In this document: piece after piece, positions 13,408 to 27,830 of the stretch
How positions within the stretch are numbered: position 1 is the first letter of the stretch
Layout: every line of letters starts with the position of its first letter
Notes under the pieces: model-generated
Database searches by the model: none
Seen by the model: the letters and a program-made list of their open reading frames with translations, nothing else
Told to the model about the DNA's origin: nothing
Origin: Octopus sinensis
Taxonomy: Eukaryota
Length of the DNA: 64,000 nt
NCBI RefSeq assembly: GCF_006345805.1
Contig: NC_042999.1
Span: 103,044,001-103,108,000 of the forward strand
Direction of reading: 5' to 3'
Program-made: the position numbers and the translations under genes

Positions 13408-14889
13408 ATTTCTTTCCAGAATTCTTCCAATTCTTCTGCCGTTGGTGCTGCAGTGACTTCTATTTTATTTTTGCCCAGTTCTTGGTAGAACTTTTTGGGG
13501 TCGGAGTTGAACTTTTTGTTCTGTTCAAAGAAGCGTTGGCGTTTCTCGTACCGGCGGATCCTTTGAGCTTTGGCAAGGATATCTTGCTTCAGCTTTTCTT
13601 TTATCTCCGGCAAATCTTTTTCTGTGATGTTATATTTGCGGAGCATTTTTGTTCTCTTTTTGTTGCTCAGTAGCGTTGCTTGTTTGCTGATTTCATTAAG
13701 AATCGACAGGTCTTTTCTAATTTTTAAAATTTTGTTTTGGATGTTATTTATCCACAGGGTTTGTTTGGGTGGTGGTACTCCTGTTTGGGCGGGTTTGGGT
13801 GAGTATCCAGCTTCTTTTGTGGCTGCAGTGGCTGCTGCGTATATCAAGTCATTTAGTTCAGTGATATCACTTTTTTTTGTTTCAGTGGCTAGTTCAGTGA
13901 CGGCTAGGTTTATGTTGTTTATAATTGGTGTTGTTATTGCGTTTATTTTTATTCTTGGGAGGTATGGTCGGTGGTCCATTTTGAGCTCTGTGGTTTTTAG
14001 TTCTTTGATTATTTTATTTTTTTATATTATCATAATCATTAGGCTCCCCTTCGTTGTTTACATCGTGTTTGTTGGGAATGTTGCGTTTGTCTTCGTGTTT
14101 TACAGTTTCAGTGTTTATATTATTGGGCATTGTTGTGTGGCTTCTATCTACATTTTCATGGTGTATTTTTTCTTTTAAATGTTCTATTTCTATTTCTGAT
14201 ATTTTTTTGGCTTTGAGAATGTATCTTCGTACGTTAGCTAATTTATAAGGGTTCATTGCTGTATCCAAGTCTATATCTCTATTATTTTCCTTCCATATTT
14301 TATATGTATGTGTTGTTGTATTTTCATTTTGTGGGTAGAGCATTGCTGTGAAGTATGCGTGTAAGATAGAAATGTATTCCTCACGTGTCCAGTTACGTCT
14401 TTTGGGTTTTAATTGCGGGACATGAGGTACAACGTCCGGCCCATTATTTTGACTGGCGTCATTTTCGTAGGGTACCGGTCCGTTTATTTCTGTTGTCACA
14501 TTATTTCGCACGTGTAGTTTTTCGTACATTTTTTGTTGTAGGTTTAATGTACGTACCGCTCGATTGTTATTCTTGGGTTGAATAGTATCGGTGGCATTTA
14601 ATTTCTTCGTAGTTCCTTTGTACATGGTGTTTGAGGTCGGGGATGATCGTGTTGTTCCACGCATGTTTACATGTGTTGTGTTAGAGGTGGAGATAATATC
14701 GAGTCAAAATACATCATTTCGTTTCGAAAATAGTAATAAATTTCAATTCGTATTACTTACTCGGATATAGTCCAATTCTTTGTTAGTAAATCTTTGGCTC
14801 CATAGGGTGTCCTTGTTTTCGATGTTTGTGGATAGATTTCGGAGCTCTGTATTTTCCTTCTTACATCTTAAACCTCCCCGGTGTCTTCC

Positions 14890-15086
<197 letters not shown>

Positions 15087-15299
15087 ACTGATATTTATCG
15101 AACATCATTTATCAGTTTTGCAATATTTTTATTTTCTTATTTTAATATTCTTTACTATTGCCACTTTATTTGTAAAAAGAAAACTCATCAAACCCTGCCA
15201 GCATATAACCAAAATTTTAAGATACAATAACCTCATTTAGTAACTTTTGACTCCAAAATCTTTCAAATCTTTATTTACTTTAAAATCCTAAAAAGTCAT

Positions 15300-15600
15300 G
15301 ATTGCTCTCGTCCTCATTCAGTTCCTGGCTGTCATTTTCTCCAAGTTCCTGGAATTCATCAGCTTTCTCGCATTTCTCGGGGTCGTTGTTGTTTTTAGAA
15401 TCAGATGTTTCGTTATCGTTACAAAAAAACATCTTCAGTGAGATCTAGAGTGTTACTGATACCACATTTTTTGAGACCTTCTATAATTGTCCCTGTTTTT
15501 ACTGCTTTCCGCGAATGTTTCGCCCAATGTGCTGTCTGGGAAAATGTGGGCCTCTTCATATGGCCTATTGGTGTCAGTTAATTTTGTTCACTTTACTGAG
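15300..15600 (-). mobile_element. pogo/Tigger-like (DDE_1) transposase C-terminal fossil
   Basis: Minus strand 15421-15592 reads LTPIGHMKRPTFSQTAHWAKHSRKAVKTGTIIEGLKKCGISNTLDLTEDVF, like the pogo-type TPTGRMKRP...W..W..V....I...FKKCGISNALDGTEDD, followed by an acidic tail. Confidence 0.65.
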
Positions 15601-16651
15601 TGATATTTTCTCCACTATATGTTACTTATGTTTACTGTAATTCTGATTGAACAGATAGGAAATAGCAATATGCTACCCCGAGGGGTTCGTATTCAAACTG
15701 GTGATGTCGTTGGTTTTGGTTGGCTGCTTACTGCAACTGAACATATGCTTTGTCGGTATCAGACTCGGTCGGTACTACTAAAACAAAATAATATTCGCGA
15801 GGTGGTTATAACGGAGACACAATTGTTCCATTGTTTGTTTAAGTGTTAGATAGAATTGAAGTGTTTTGTGCTTCGTTGAAGATTTGTTTTATTTATACGA
15901 TACTGTTATTTGTCGATACAGGAAATACAACAATGGTTACTGGTTGGAATTCTGTAAACACCCATGATAACATGTCGTTTGCTTCACGGCAGCCAGTAGT
16001 TCAACAAATTATCACAGTCATTTATGGAACATTCCATGTTTAATCTATTATGGCATTCTGGTAGTTTCAAAAATTTTCATACGGGAAAATGTCTGGTTTC
16101 TAGTAGAGTCGTGAGAAATAGTAGGCGAGTTCAAAATCCGCGCCAATGATGCATGTTAGTTTACAGGCCCCTCAAGAGGCAGCGCCACTTCTATTGTTAT
16201 GGTTTGGTAATTAAAGATGGTAAGTGCATGTTACAGTTGGCAAATTTTGATTACAGTACTATGAGCCCATTTTACTCATAAGTATTGCCCACCCCCGTGT
16301 TAATTGTGAATAAAGCCACAATGTTGAGGGAAGTAGAAAAGGTAAAATGTGTAGAAAATAAACATAATTATTGGTAAGTGTGCTGAGCAGTGTCTGTCCA
16401 GACGTATTCAACAAAGCGCCACGGAGAACCAGTATTGATAATTTTGAGGTGTGGGGATATGGAATGAGTACATGTAGCATGTACAAGGTCTGTACACATC
16501 GTGCACGGCGTAATATACCATTATGTTCATTTGGAAGTTATTTGAGTTGTTTGTATTGTTAAACAAGGTCTAGAGCTGGGCCTTCATCATGCAGGACACA
16601 CAGTGATTAAAAAAAAGTATGTCTGTCTGTTTCTCTCTCTCTATCTCTCTG

Positions 16652-16775
<124 letters not shown>

Positions 16776-19019
16776 CATGTATGTATGCGCGTCGTGCGCG
16801 TGCGTACGTGCGTGTGTGTGTGAGAGAGAGAAGGAGAGATTATCCATAATTATATAAATACATTTGAGTGCGGAAAGACACACACGCACTCATGCAAGCA
16901 CACACACACGCACGTACACACACGCACACATGCACACACACACACACACACATACACACACACACACACACACACTTCTAGACACATGGAAGAAAACAAA
17001 TCAGCTGAGGATGACAGTGATGATGAAGATGGTGAAACATTTACAAATCGCAATTACAGTTCTTTCCCTTAATATAAGTGTAGATTTCTGGTTGTCTACA
17101 GTTGCTAAAATTGATAAGAGTATATTACTTTGGATATAGAAAATAATAATCCAATTCTATGAGACAAAGTTTTTATCTTCTTTTTCGGAGTTGATATTTT
17201 CCAACAGTCGCTAACAGATTATTATCAAGCTGGAGATTAGAAGAATGTTCATTATTCTGTCAATGAAGTAAGCGTAAATCATGTTAGTATATGTCCATGG
17301 TGCATTGAAGATTACTTTTACCTGCTTTTTAAAAAGAATTTCATTACAAAACCAAGCCGTTTACTACTTGGAGTCTAACGAAGTGCACTATTCGTTTTGA
17401 GATTATAATGGCAACGAAATATAATAAATCTACATGTGGTGAGCAGCTGGTAATATTCTTTTAAAATATAATTTTCTTTTCATTACAAATCATTACAACA
17501 TTCTCATTACACCTAACAGTCTTTTATTTTTATTTGTTTCAGTTATTGAATTGCAATCATGCTGGGGCACAGCCTTGAAGGTTGTAATTGGTTTAATTGA
17601 ACTCAGTACATTATTTTAAAGTTTGATAATTATTGTATCCGTCTCGTTTGGTGAACCGATAAATTATGGAGGAAAATAAACAAGCAATATCGTCCGTCAA
17701 ACGAAGATTTTCTCTTGTAAGTCTGATGCCACATGAGTTTTGGCTTTGTAGATGTTCAAAGCAAATTTGTGATGAATAAAGGTAAAAAGTATTAGAGGAA
17801 TTTAAATTACTTAGGTTTTATATTGTGTATGGCAAAGAATCATATCCAAGTAAACAAAACATTTGGAAGTTCTTCAAATCGTTTACCTGAAACAAATGTT
17901 TAGCAAAATGCATAGAAATATTTGGGTTACGAAATAAAATAGTGTCTTATTCCAACAGTGTATTGAGATCTTCAAGTTTTTCCCAGCAGTGAGTACGTAG
18001 GACCTGTGACCCCCCCCCAAAAAAAAACTGATGATCTCCGTTAGAGTTGGCAAGTAGAACTACAAGCACGGTGTGACATTTCATATTTTGCGTGAAGCTG
18101 AAACCTGCTATATTGGTGTTGTTGATTGGTTTGAAAGAGAAAATAGACATACATGCATGCATACATACATACATACATACATACATATAGAGTATTTCCA
18201 GGTGGACCACTCCTATCAAAATATGTGTCAAGTGTAAGCATAACACGCTGAATATTGTTATTTGTGACAGAATAGTAAATGTATGTTCTTCATAGAGGTC
18301 AGCTGTTCCTACTGACGTGAATAATATACCTTAACATCAAATAGAAAAAAAGGTAATAATGGACAACTGCTTCTTAAACTCCTGCTTTTATACACACATT
18401 ATAAATTCGCATTTATAGTCATAATATATGGTGTACTTGGCTTTGTAAGTAAATACCTAATTGACAATCTGGATTAGCTAGGATTTTCAGAAAAAGAAAT
18501 CAACCAACTGACTCTCACATTAAAACACATTCTGTAAGTAGAACAGTAAAAATGTGCAAGAATTTTCTCAAGTTTAAAACGTGACATTGTTTCTATTATC
18601 TACATTCCAATGATAGAATTTTGTATCTTGGTTACAAAACCGCTTCTTCTCCAGAGGATGAATTAGAATAATTAAAAACAGAAGAGAACGTACATAAATA
18701 CTTACATACACACGTGTATGTACGTGTGTGTGGGTATATCTATCTATATTATATATGTACATACACACATATACACACAAACACATTTAGAACAATTTTG
18801 AGTTTCTCATTACGAATTCGTCGTTGAGTTTAGATTATGTACCGACTTCATCTACCTTATCAATTATATAAATAGAATTGCTATATATTATCAACACTAG
18901 AATACAAACTCCATGTTAGAGTTTACAAAATATTGCCTATATATTCGGATTTGTTTTTGCTATTGAATAATTAGATTTTCTTCAGTTTGTACCACAAACG
19001 AGGTGAGTGATATATAGTA

Positions 19020-19221
19020 TCTTTTGTATGTATATAGATATGTTACAAAAATATATGCATGATATACACAAACATATACACATATACATTACATACACAC
19101 ACACACACACATATATACATATATATATATATACATGTGTGTATATATATATATAAATATATATATTATATGCATGCGCACACATGCACACAAATATACA
19201 TACATATATATGTATGTATAT

Positions 19222-19266
<45 letters not shown>

Positions 19267-19292
19267 TAAATAAAATGAGTGTCATTTTCAGG

Positions 19293-19328
<36 letters not shown>

Positions 19329-19335
19329 TATATAT

Positions 19336-19380
<45 letters not shown>
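19020..19380. repeat. Compound (AT)n/(CA)n microsatellite region
   Basis: Direct reading. Confidence 0.9.
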
Positions 19381-19382
<2 letters not shown>

Positions 19383-20872
19383 TCCAAACATGAACAAAGA
19401 GAAAACACAACAACTCGAGGACGTGGAACAAATATAGTGTTATTGGACGCTGAGGAAAGAAAGAAGGAAGGGGGATTTAACGTCTCGAGGGATCTCTTCG
19501 TCAGAAACATAGAAAAAGGAAACAATCAAGGAAGGGAAGACGGAAAAGAAAATCGCCAACGATACACACGTGGTCACACATCCACACACACACACACGCA
19601 CACACACACACTCATACACGCACATATATTACAAATGTATGATATAGTGATTTTAGTAAGCAATGTTCTTATGTTAATTGATAAATTATTTATGTAGAAA
19701 ATACTCCTGTGACTCAGTGACACAGTTGAATTTATTTTAGAATATTTCATGCATGGAAACTTTAAAATGAAGTACACAAGTGGTAAGAAATAAACGATCA
19801 TTTCTGTTTGGCTGCCACTTTTCAATTTCTTCAAATTTTGTTCCAAGAGATTTCATATTTGGCATATTGCTATAGTTTTCTAAAGTAACCATTGACATAA
19901 AATTCAGTTTCGCCATAGATCATTAAATAAAGAGTTAACTCTTGAAGTTTGCAAATTTTGGGTAATTTTAGCCAATCGGAAATCAAAGACATGTAGGCAC
20001 TTGTTTCCATCGTAACAAGGCAAGCTATTATCCAAGCTCTTTACTATGCGTTCTTTTTGCTGCTTTTAAATGCGTAAAACACGTGTAGTATGAGATGTTA
20101 AAAAAATAACAGCTAAATTCTCCTTAAATCACGCATGACTTTTCACTTTCTGTTTTTACATAATCGTATAAATTCCCGTGTGTAGAATATAAATTCGCAA
20201 AAATTCTCTAAAAATTCCCCAAAATAAAAAAAAAAGTTATCAGCGGTTATGTGGCGTACGTAAAGCAGAATTTCGCCAATATTTCCTTTGTTTATAGTTG
20301 ACATGTGCTGTGCCGCACAAAATGACAGCTTTCAAATCTTGTTTTCTGACTGAATAAAAACGATCAAACTTTAAACCTGTAAATTTCTGTACATTTTCTT
20401 CTGGAGTAAGTGACTTATCTCCTGAGATTTGGCGTAGAAGATTACATTAAGACATTAAATTTTTAATCTTTCACTAAACTGTAAAATTTCCACTGGTACA
20501 GAAAAACAGAAAAGATCCTACATACATTTTTCATTATTGTCAAATTTTCTGCATGAGCGGGAAGTAACTGTCGATATTTATGACTTATTCTGATTTCCTC
20601 AATAAAACAGAATGGCACCCCCCTCCCTCAGTGTTCTCGCAGTAGTAGTTATCAATAGTTCACTTATTAAATAAATAAAAAAACTATAGGTAAGTTAGCG
20701 GTAACAGTTAGATGATGGAAAACATAAAATCTTGTATATTTATTTTGCTATCCATTTATCAAGTTTTCCAACGAGTACAGCGAATGTTAAATTTTCGCTA
20801 TGCTTTCACAACACTAAAATATACCCTAATGAGTTTCCCAACTACTTAACATAAAAATCATTACATGAAGAA

Positions 20873-21080
20873 CAGAAGGCGGTGAACTGGGAAAATCGTT
20901 ATCACGCCAGGCAAACTGCTTACCGATATTTGGCCAGTCTTTATGTTCTGAGTCCAAATTCTGCCGAGATCGACTTTATCTTTAGTCTTTTCGGGGTCAA
21001 TAAATTAAGTACGAGTTGAGTACTGGGGTCGATGCAATCAACTTTTCCCCGAAAATTTTGCCTTGTGCCAAAATTTAATA
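20873..21080 (+). mobile_element. tRNA-derived SINE family 1, degraded copy
   Basis: AAGGCGGTGAACTGGGAAAATCGTTATCACGCC...GAGTCCAAATTCTGCCGAGATCGACTTT...TTCGGGGTCAATAAATTAAGTAC. Confidence 0.75.
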
Positions 21081-21181
21081 TCAATATATTAAGAATGGAC
21101 TAAAATCGTTTCTAACTCACCTCGTATAAATTTCTATTTGGAAGTTTAATGATATCTGTATATATATATATATATATATAT

Positions 21182-22737
21182 GTTAGCACTAACCTTACTT
21201 TTAATGCGGATAGTGTCTCGCAATGATTTCATCTATACGTTTTCTAGTGCTTTCCTTTATCAATCTCAAATACCTGGTATTTTCTATTAGATAGTGACAA
21301 ATTTTTATCACTTTTATAAAGCTGGAGATTAAAAGAATGGAAAGTAATCTTGAGGTTTATTATTTTGTCAATGAAGAGAATTAAGCATATTAGCATGTAT
21401 CAATGCTGCATTGCAGATTACTTTCTATTTTCTGTGATGAATTTTATCATTAACCCCATCCTACTCAAATGTATTTTCTCTTGGATTTCAACAAATAATA
21501 ATTTCCATTTCAATAATATTCTTACAGCCAAAGATCAGTCCTCTGTATGATGTGAATGGTTGATTTTTTTATATTCCTTATATTGGCATACAATTACATA
21601 ATGTAATCTTCTTCCACTCTTTTGGGCGCAATCAAAATCTCATCCATTTAACTTTCGAGTGGCATACATTTTACTAACGAAACAGCCCACACCACACATG
21701 AAATATATCTTATGCTTTCTATTTCTACATATAAATAGATAGAACTGATGATGGGCCCTCTTCGTGATTGACTGATGTACTAGAAATAATAGCGGAATTT
21801 ATTTTAACGCCTCTCTGTAGTCTTCAAAAATGATTGATACATGGATAATGCAAGTTTATTATATGTTTTCTTTATGGCTTGAGTATCTTCAAACATCTCT
21901 TCTTATATTTAATCTGAGCTAAACACAAGGGATAAGTGCAACAACAAGAATATATATATATATATGTTAGCACTAACCTTACTTTTAATGCGGATAGTGT
22001 CTCGCAATGATTTCATCTATACGTTTTCTAGTGCTTTCCTTTATCAATCTCAAATACCTGGTATTTTCTATTAGATAGTGACAAATTTTTATCACTTTTA
22101 TAAAGCTGGAGATTAAAAGAATGGAAAGTAATCTTGAGGTTTATTATTTTGTCAATGAAGAGAATTAAGCATATTAGCATGTATCAATGCTGCATTGCAG
22201 ATTACTTTCTATTTTCTGTGATGAATTTTATCATTAACCCCATCCTACTCAAATGTATTTTCTCTTGGATTTCAACAAATAATAATTTCCATTTCAATAA
22301 TATTCTTACAGCCAAAGATCAGTCCTCTGTATGATGTGAATGGTTGATTTTTTTTATATTCCTTTATATTGGCATACAATTACATAAATGTAATCTTCTT
22401 CCACTCTTTTGGGCGCAATCAAAATCTCATCCATTTAACTTTCGAGTGGCATACATTTTACTAACGAAACAGCCCACACCACACATGAAATATATCTTAT
22501 GCTTTCTATTTCTACATATAAATAGATAGAACTGATGATGGGCCCTCTTCGTGATTGACTGATGTACTAGAAATAATAGCGGAATTTATTTTAACGCCTC
22601 TCTGTAGTCTTCAAAAATGATTGATACATGGATAATGCAAGTTTATTATATGTTTTCTTTATGGCTTGAGTATCTTCAAACATCTCTTCTTATATTTAAT
22701 CTGAGCTAAACACAAGGGATAAGTGCAACAACAAGAA
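21182..22737. repeat. Direct tandem duplication of a ~770-bp unit bounded by (AT)n tracts
   Basis: 21182-21950 and 21966-22737 look identical except three 1-bp homopolymer indels; ORFs 21350 and 22134 are identical. Confidence 0.95.
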
Positions 22738-23009
22738 TATATATATATATATATGGGTTTACTGGAAATAGCACTCCAATATATACGACGCTATAGTAAA
22801 GCTTCACTGTATATCTACAAGCAAAGATGTTTGCGGGCGGGGAACATAAAAAATTTCATCTTACTTGTAGGAAGAACATTAGATAGATGTACAAACCAGA
22901 GGTGGATAGCTTTCGAACTCTCCAAAATACGATTGTTAACGTAAATTTGATAAGTTCACTTCAGCTAGATTTACCGAGACGAAATTTTGAATGTTGCTAC
23001 GTCAGTGCC

Positions 23010-23290
23010 AGTATAATCTTCTACTATAGCTTCGGGCTTACCAAAGGCTTATAAGTGGATTTGGTATACGTGTGTAACTCTGTGTGTGTGTCTGTGTTTG
23101 TCCCGCTGCATCGCTTGACAACTGATGTTGGTGTGTTTACGTCCCTGTAACTTAGCGGTTCGGCAAAAGAAATCGATAGAATAAGTACTAGGCTTCCAAA
23201 GAATAAGTCCTGGGATCGATTTGTTCGACTAAAGGTGGTGCTCCAGCATGGCCGCAGTCAAATGACTAAAACAAAGAAAAAGAAAAAAGA
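23010..23290 (+). mobile_element. SINE family 2, 5'-truncated
   Basis: GTTTACGTCCCTGTAACTTAGCGGTTCGGCAAAAG...GATAGAATAAGTACTAGGCTT...CCAGCATGGCCGCAGTCAAATGAC shared with 23905 and 45340. Confidence 0.75.
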
Positions 23291-23549
23291 AAAAGATATA
23301 TATGTATGTATATACATTTATTGATGTCTGCCTTGGACGAGTCATCATTGTGCAAACAATACTTTATACTTAACCTCCTAGGCTATAGATGGAGAAAGAA
23401 TCATTTTAGGGAGTGTTGTTCTCTTCTCAAATATTTTCTCGGGTCAGATAGTAAGATAGATAGATAGATAGAAAACAGAGAGTGAGATAGAGTGTGAGAG
23501 ACAAACAGGCAGACAGAGAGGGAGAGAGAAAAAGGGAGATATAGGGATA

Positions 23550-23790
<241 letters not shown>

Positions 23791-23904
23791 AGATAAATAA
23801 TAGTACTTGATAGTCTACAGAAAAATATATGAATGTTGACTGAAAAATTAGAAATGATAGAAGTATCTCTGTTTCTTTATATACAGATAAGCATAATTGA
23901 GAAG

Positions 23905-24255
23905 CTTATGTTAAGAAGCTTGCTTCCCAATCACGTGATTCCGGGTTCAGTCCCACTGCGTGGCATCTTGGGCAAATGTCTTGCACTATAGCCTCGGGCC
24001 GACCAAAGCCTTGTGAGCCCGTCGTATATATATATATATATGTATATATATACATGCATACATGTATGTATACGTTTGTTGTTTGTGTCAGTGTTTGTCC
24101 TCCACTATCCCATGACAACCGATGTTGGTCGGTTTACGTCCCCGTCACTTAGCAGTTCGGCAAAAAGAGAACAATTGAATAAGTAGTAGGCTTACAAATA
24201 ATAAGCCCGATAATAAGGTCGATTTATTCGACTAAAGGCTTCATGGCCGCAATCA
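23905..24255 (+). mobile_element. SINE family 2 with tRNA-like head and internal microsatellite
   Basis: B-box-like CCGGGTTCAGTCCC, then CTTGGGCAAATGTCTT central motif, internal (TA)n, and a 3' body shared with 23010. Confidence 0.75.
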
Positions 24256-24588
24256 GATTCCTGAAAAATAAGTAAAGAGATATAAAACGTCTGGATTTTC
24301 CTCAGGAAATAAAGACAGTACTATTTCAATCTTCGTAGATTTATTGTTTATGCTTGCATCTCTGTTTAGCGTTGCAGAAACGCAGATTGACTCTCCAGCT
24401 CTAAACAATAATAAGAACACTAAAAACAACAACAGCAACACCCCCCCACACACACATGTACACAAACAAGAAAAAAACTAGATAAAAGGATGTAAAAAAT
24501 CCAGACGTATATCTGTATATAAAGAAAAGTTACCGGCATTATTTCTCACAAAGCTGTTTATCATTATTACTACAGACACACACACACA

Positions 24589-24632
<44 letters not shown>

Positions 24633-25729
24633 ATACGTACGCCCGCACACACACACAACAGAATCACAACACATACACAGACATACACAACACACACATA
24701 ATGTTCCTTTCGAAGTCTGACGTTATATAAATGATATAATGCGCTCAGTTCGTGGTAGAATTTATCACACAAGAGATTAGAAGAAAGGAAATTAAGTCTG
24801 TTGTTTATTATGTTGTCAACGAAGAAATTGTTGAACGTGTTAGCATGTGTCGATGGTATACTGGAGATTACTTTACCTTCATCTATTGACAATGTTATTG
24901 CAAATTCAACTGACGTTTGTATGAACTTCAAAAAACTGATACTTGAGTTTGAATTTACGCTGACGATCAAAGATTATAATCATCTTTAATGTGTAACACC
25001 ACTTTATACATATTTAAGACCAAGGTGTATATAGATTAACTCATTTTAAATGATGCCTATTGGCCTTTAATTTCTGATCAATAAAATATGATGTATTAGC
25101 CTAAATAGTTATTAAAAATGTAATAAATTATTGCAAACATTAATTAATCTTATTCGATTCTTATAAAAATGCTCAAATCGATTCAGACACAAAAATAGGA
25201 TATTCTGCACACCGCATTTTAATTTTATTTTGCCAAAGAGGGTGTGGCACTTTTCCTTTATGTGGTCATTGGAGCTAAAGAGATTGCATGGTAGAAGTCT
25301 TTGGAAGCCTTGAGAATATAACTCGATCATTCCAACCTGTATCTTCATTAACTTCTTCAAATTTTACATGAAACGGATGGCATGAATTTGAACCTAAGTG
25401 CTGCTCTCGAGAAAATCTGATAGATGGATGCAACTAGTAAAACTAGTAAGCGTAAGAAGAAGGCAACCTCTCGAAATTTACCTGGAAATTCCAGTCGAAA
25501 GGGATTAACCATTGGCTAAATCTAACTCTCTGTGTGTGCTTTTCTGTTTTCTATTCTGGAATAAATTCAACATGTTTCTATGTTGGCCGCAGTTCAATGA
25601 CTAAAACCTGTGAGAGAATAAAAAGGATAAAAGTATATATATTTATACATATATACATATATATTTCTTTTCTTTTATATATTTCAGTTCAAAGGCTGTG
25701 GCCATGCTAGAGCACCACCAGTGTCATCA

Positions 25730-26347
25730 CCTTTTCAGTGGTCATGCCTATGCATTTGACTTTTAGTGAAGGAGGGAGTTCAAAACATCTGCATTCTTTT
25801 GAGTTTCTTGTCGTAATATAGGTTAATCTGGCACCTTGACCAGCAGGACATCAAGTTGTTTCTTGAAAACATCTATCCATACTCCATGAAGATCCCTCAG
25901 ATATTTTGGCAAGGCAGTAAATAGCCTTGGGTCGTTGAATCCCAAGCTACTGCAGTACATGGTCCTCACTCTAGAGGGAATAACTGGGACTTTTGGAATA
26001 GTGCAGTGACGTCCTGTCAGTGGGGTTAGTATAGCTCTTGATATCAAAGTTCGGTGCTAACCCCTCCAGGATCTTCCGTATGTATATCACTGTATACCTC
26101 TCCTGTCTTTTCTCTAGGGAGCCGTAGTTCTTTCAGTCTCTCTCAGTAGCTTATCTGTTTCATTGATGCAATCCTCCTGGTGGCGCACCAGTGAACTGCT
26201 TCAAGGTCCACAATTAATTCGATGCTGTGTTGTGACTATAGTTGTGAGGAATAGTTCAGACGGCTGAGTACAAATGTCCTCCATAGAACCAGCAGATTTT
26301 CCTGGTCCTATGTTCTGAAGGTTCTCAGAATCCATCCGAGCATTCAC
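25730..26347 (-). mobile_element. CR1/L2-group LINE, decayed 3' fragment
   Basis: LEAVHW..TRRIASMKQISY*ERLKELRL, then ORF 25823 (TGRHCTIPKVP...LGF..PRLFTALPKYLRDL...FKKQLDVLL.KVPD). Confidence 0.75.
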
Positions 26348-26974
26348 TTATATACTATATATATAATACTTAATTTAAAATATTCTGAATATAAATAATC
26401 AGAATAATAAAATACTGCATTTGTTATACATTATGAGATCGAATTTTTTTTATAGTTAAATAGATAGTCGGTAAAAGAGGGATGTCACCATGAGATGTGG
26501 CATTGAACAGAGCTCTCACTTCGAACGAAATTTTATTGGATTACTTGATGAAAAAGTTTGTTTCTTTTTTTTCCGTTTGTTGTGAGTTGTTATCAGGACA
26601 TGCAATTTTCGTCTGTCCACTCTATTATCGAGTAGAAAAGTGCGTTAAGATACATTTTTAGTTTATTTTTTTAGCACTTTTTTCTGACAACTTAGAATTT
26701 GTAATTTCAGTTGGTGGCGTCAGTTGAAATGTTATAGAGATTATATACATAAAAGAGGTAGTAGCTTCGATATAGAGGAACTAAAAAAAAAAACAATAAT
26801 ACTTTTTTAAAAAAGATTTTCTCTTTCTTGCAATTGAGGAAAAGGTTATTGGAGTAGCCAAAATAAAAAAAAAAACAGTAACAGCGATAGTAATAATTTG
26901 GAATATTTGATAAATATGAACACACATACCAAAATAGTAGGGACAACGCTAATAGAGCTGCTGACGTTAACAGT

Positions 26975-26985
26975 AGTAGTAGTAA

Positions 26986-27042
<57 letters not shown>

Positions 27043-27055
27043 CAGCAGCAGCAGC
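26975..27055. repeat. (GTA)n/(GCA)n microsatellite
   Basis: Direct reading. Confidence 0.9.
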
Positions 27056-27830
27056 GACAAATTCGATAACAACATCGAAGATATAAAGAATAAATCTTTT
27101 GTTTAACAAATGTAAGGTGTTAGGCATTACCCAGCCGCCTGGAAAAGAAAGACTTTGGAGTAGCATTATCACAAAAGCAAGGGCATCTCTGCTCGAGTAC
27201 TCTGTTCACATGACGGTAATAAAGAAGTGAACGGAACTCTGTTTTCTTAAAATAAAGAGAGCTTCCATATATTCTAGAAAGATGAGTTAACAGAAACGCT
27301 GACAGAGATGTGGAAGGATGTGAACACTCTCACTCGGTAGAGCATGTAAGGAAATATATGTCTAGTATTAAAAATTCAGGATCTGGTGAGAATATAGTCG
27401 AAGTTCGTGTGGTAGATGTTTGTCCATAGATTATTGCTCTAGTATATAGGATGTTCACAGACAAGATGCAAATCGTGATGCGCAATCCATGGTTTACTTA
27501 ACCGTTTTAATGTATTACTTGTGTGTTTCTGCATACATTCCAACAACTGATGATTATTAATAGCCATCAAGCTGACATAAGGGACATCAAACCCATAATA
27601 ACAGTTACGGATTTAGAGAAAGGACAAACTGAAAGGTCTTCCTCAGTAGAGAGTCAGCTGGGAGTTTCAAGTTAGGCACGTGCCGTCAGTAATTACTTAG
27701 GGTAGGCAGTTGATGACCTTTATGTAGTAAAACACACAAAAAATAAGCGAAACACACACGCGCGACTGAGTTGAAGGCAGACTTACATCTGCCTTTACAG
27801 CACATAAAGAAAACGGTGTTGTAGGACAGT

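Noticed and set aside
13133-14178. Plus-strand ORFs of 100-200 aa overlapping the LINE
   Set aside because: Antisense shadows of the LINE ORF; no independent motifs.
17195-17275. Apparent small exon (TTTTCCAACAG ... GAA|GTAAGC)
   Set aside because: Lies within a repeat homologous to 21.3 kb where these splice-like sites are not conserved.
24287-24510. 13-bp inverted repeat ACGTCTGGATTTT / AAAATCCAGACGT
   Set aside because: Too short; no TSD and no second copy to support a MITE call.
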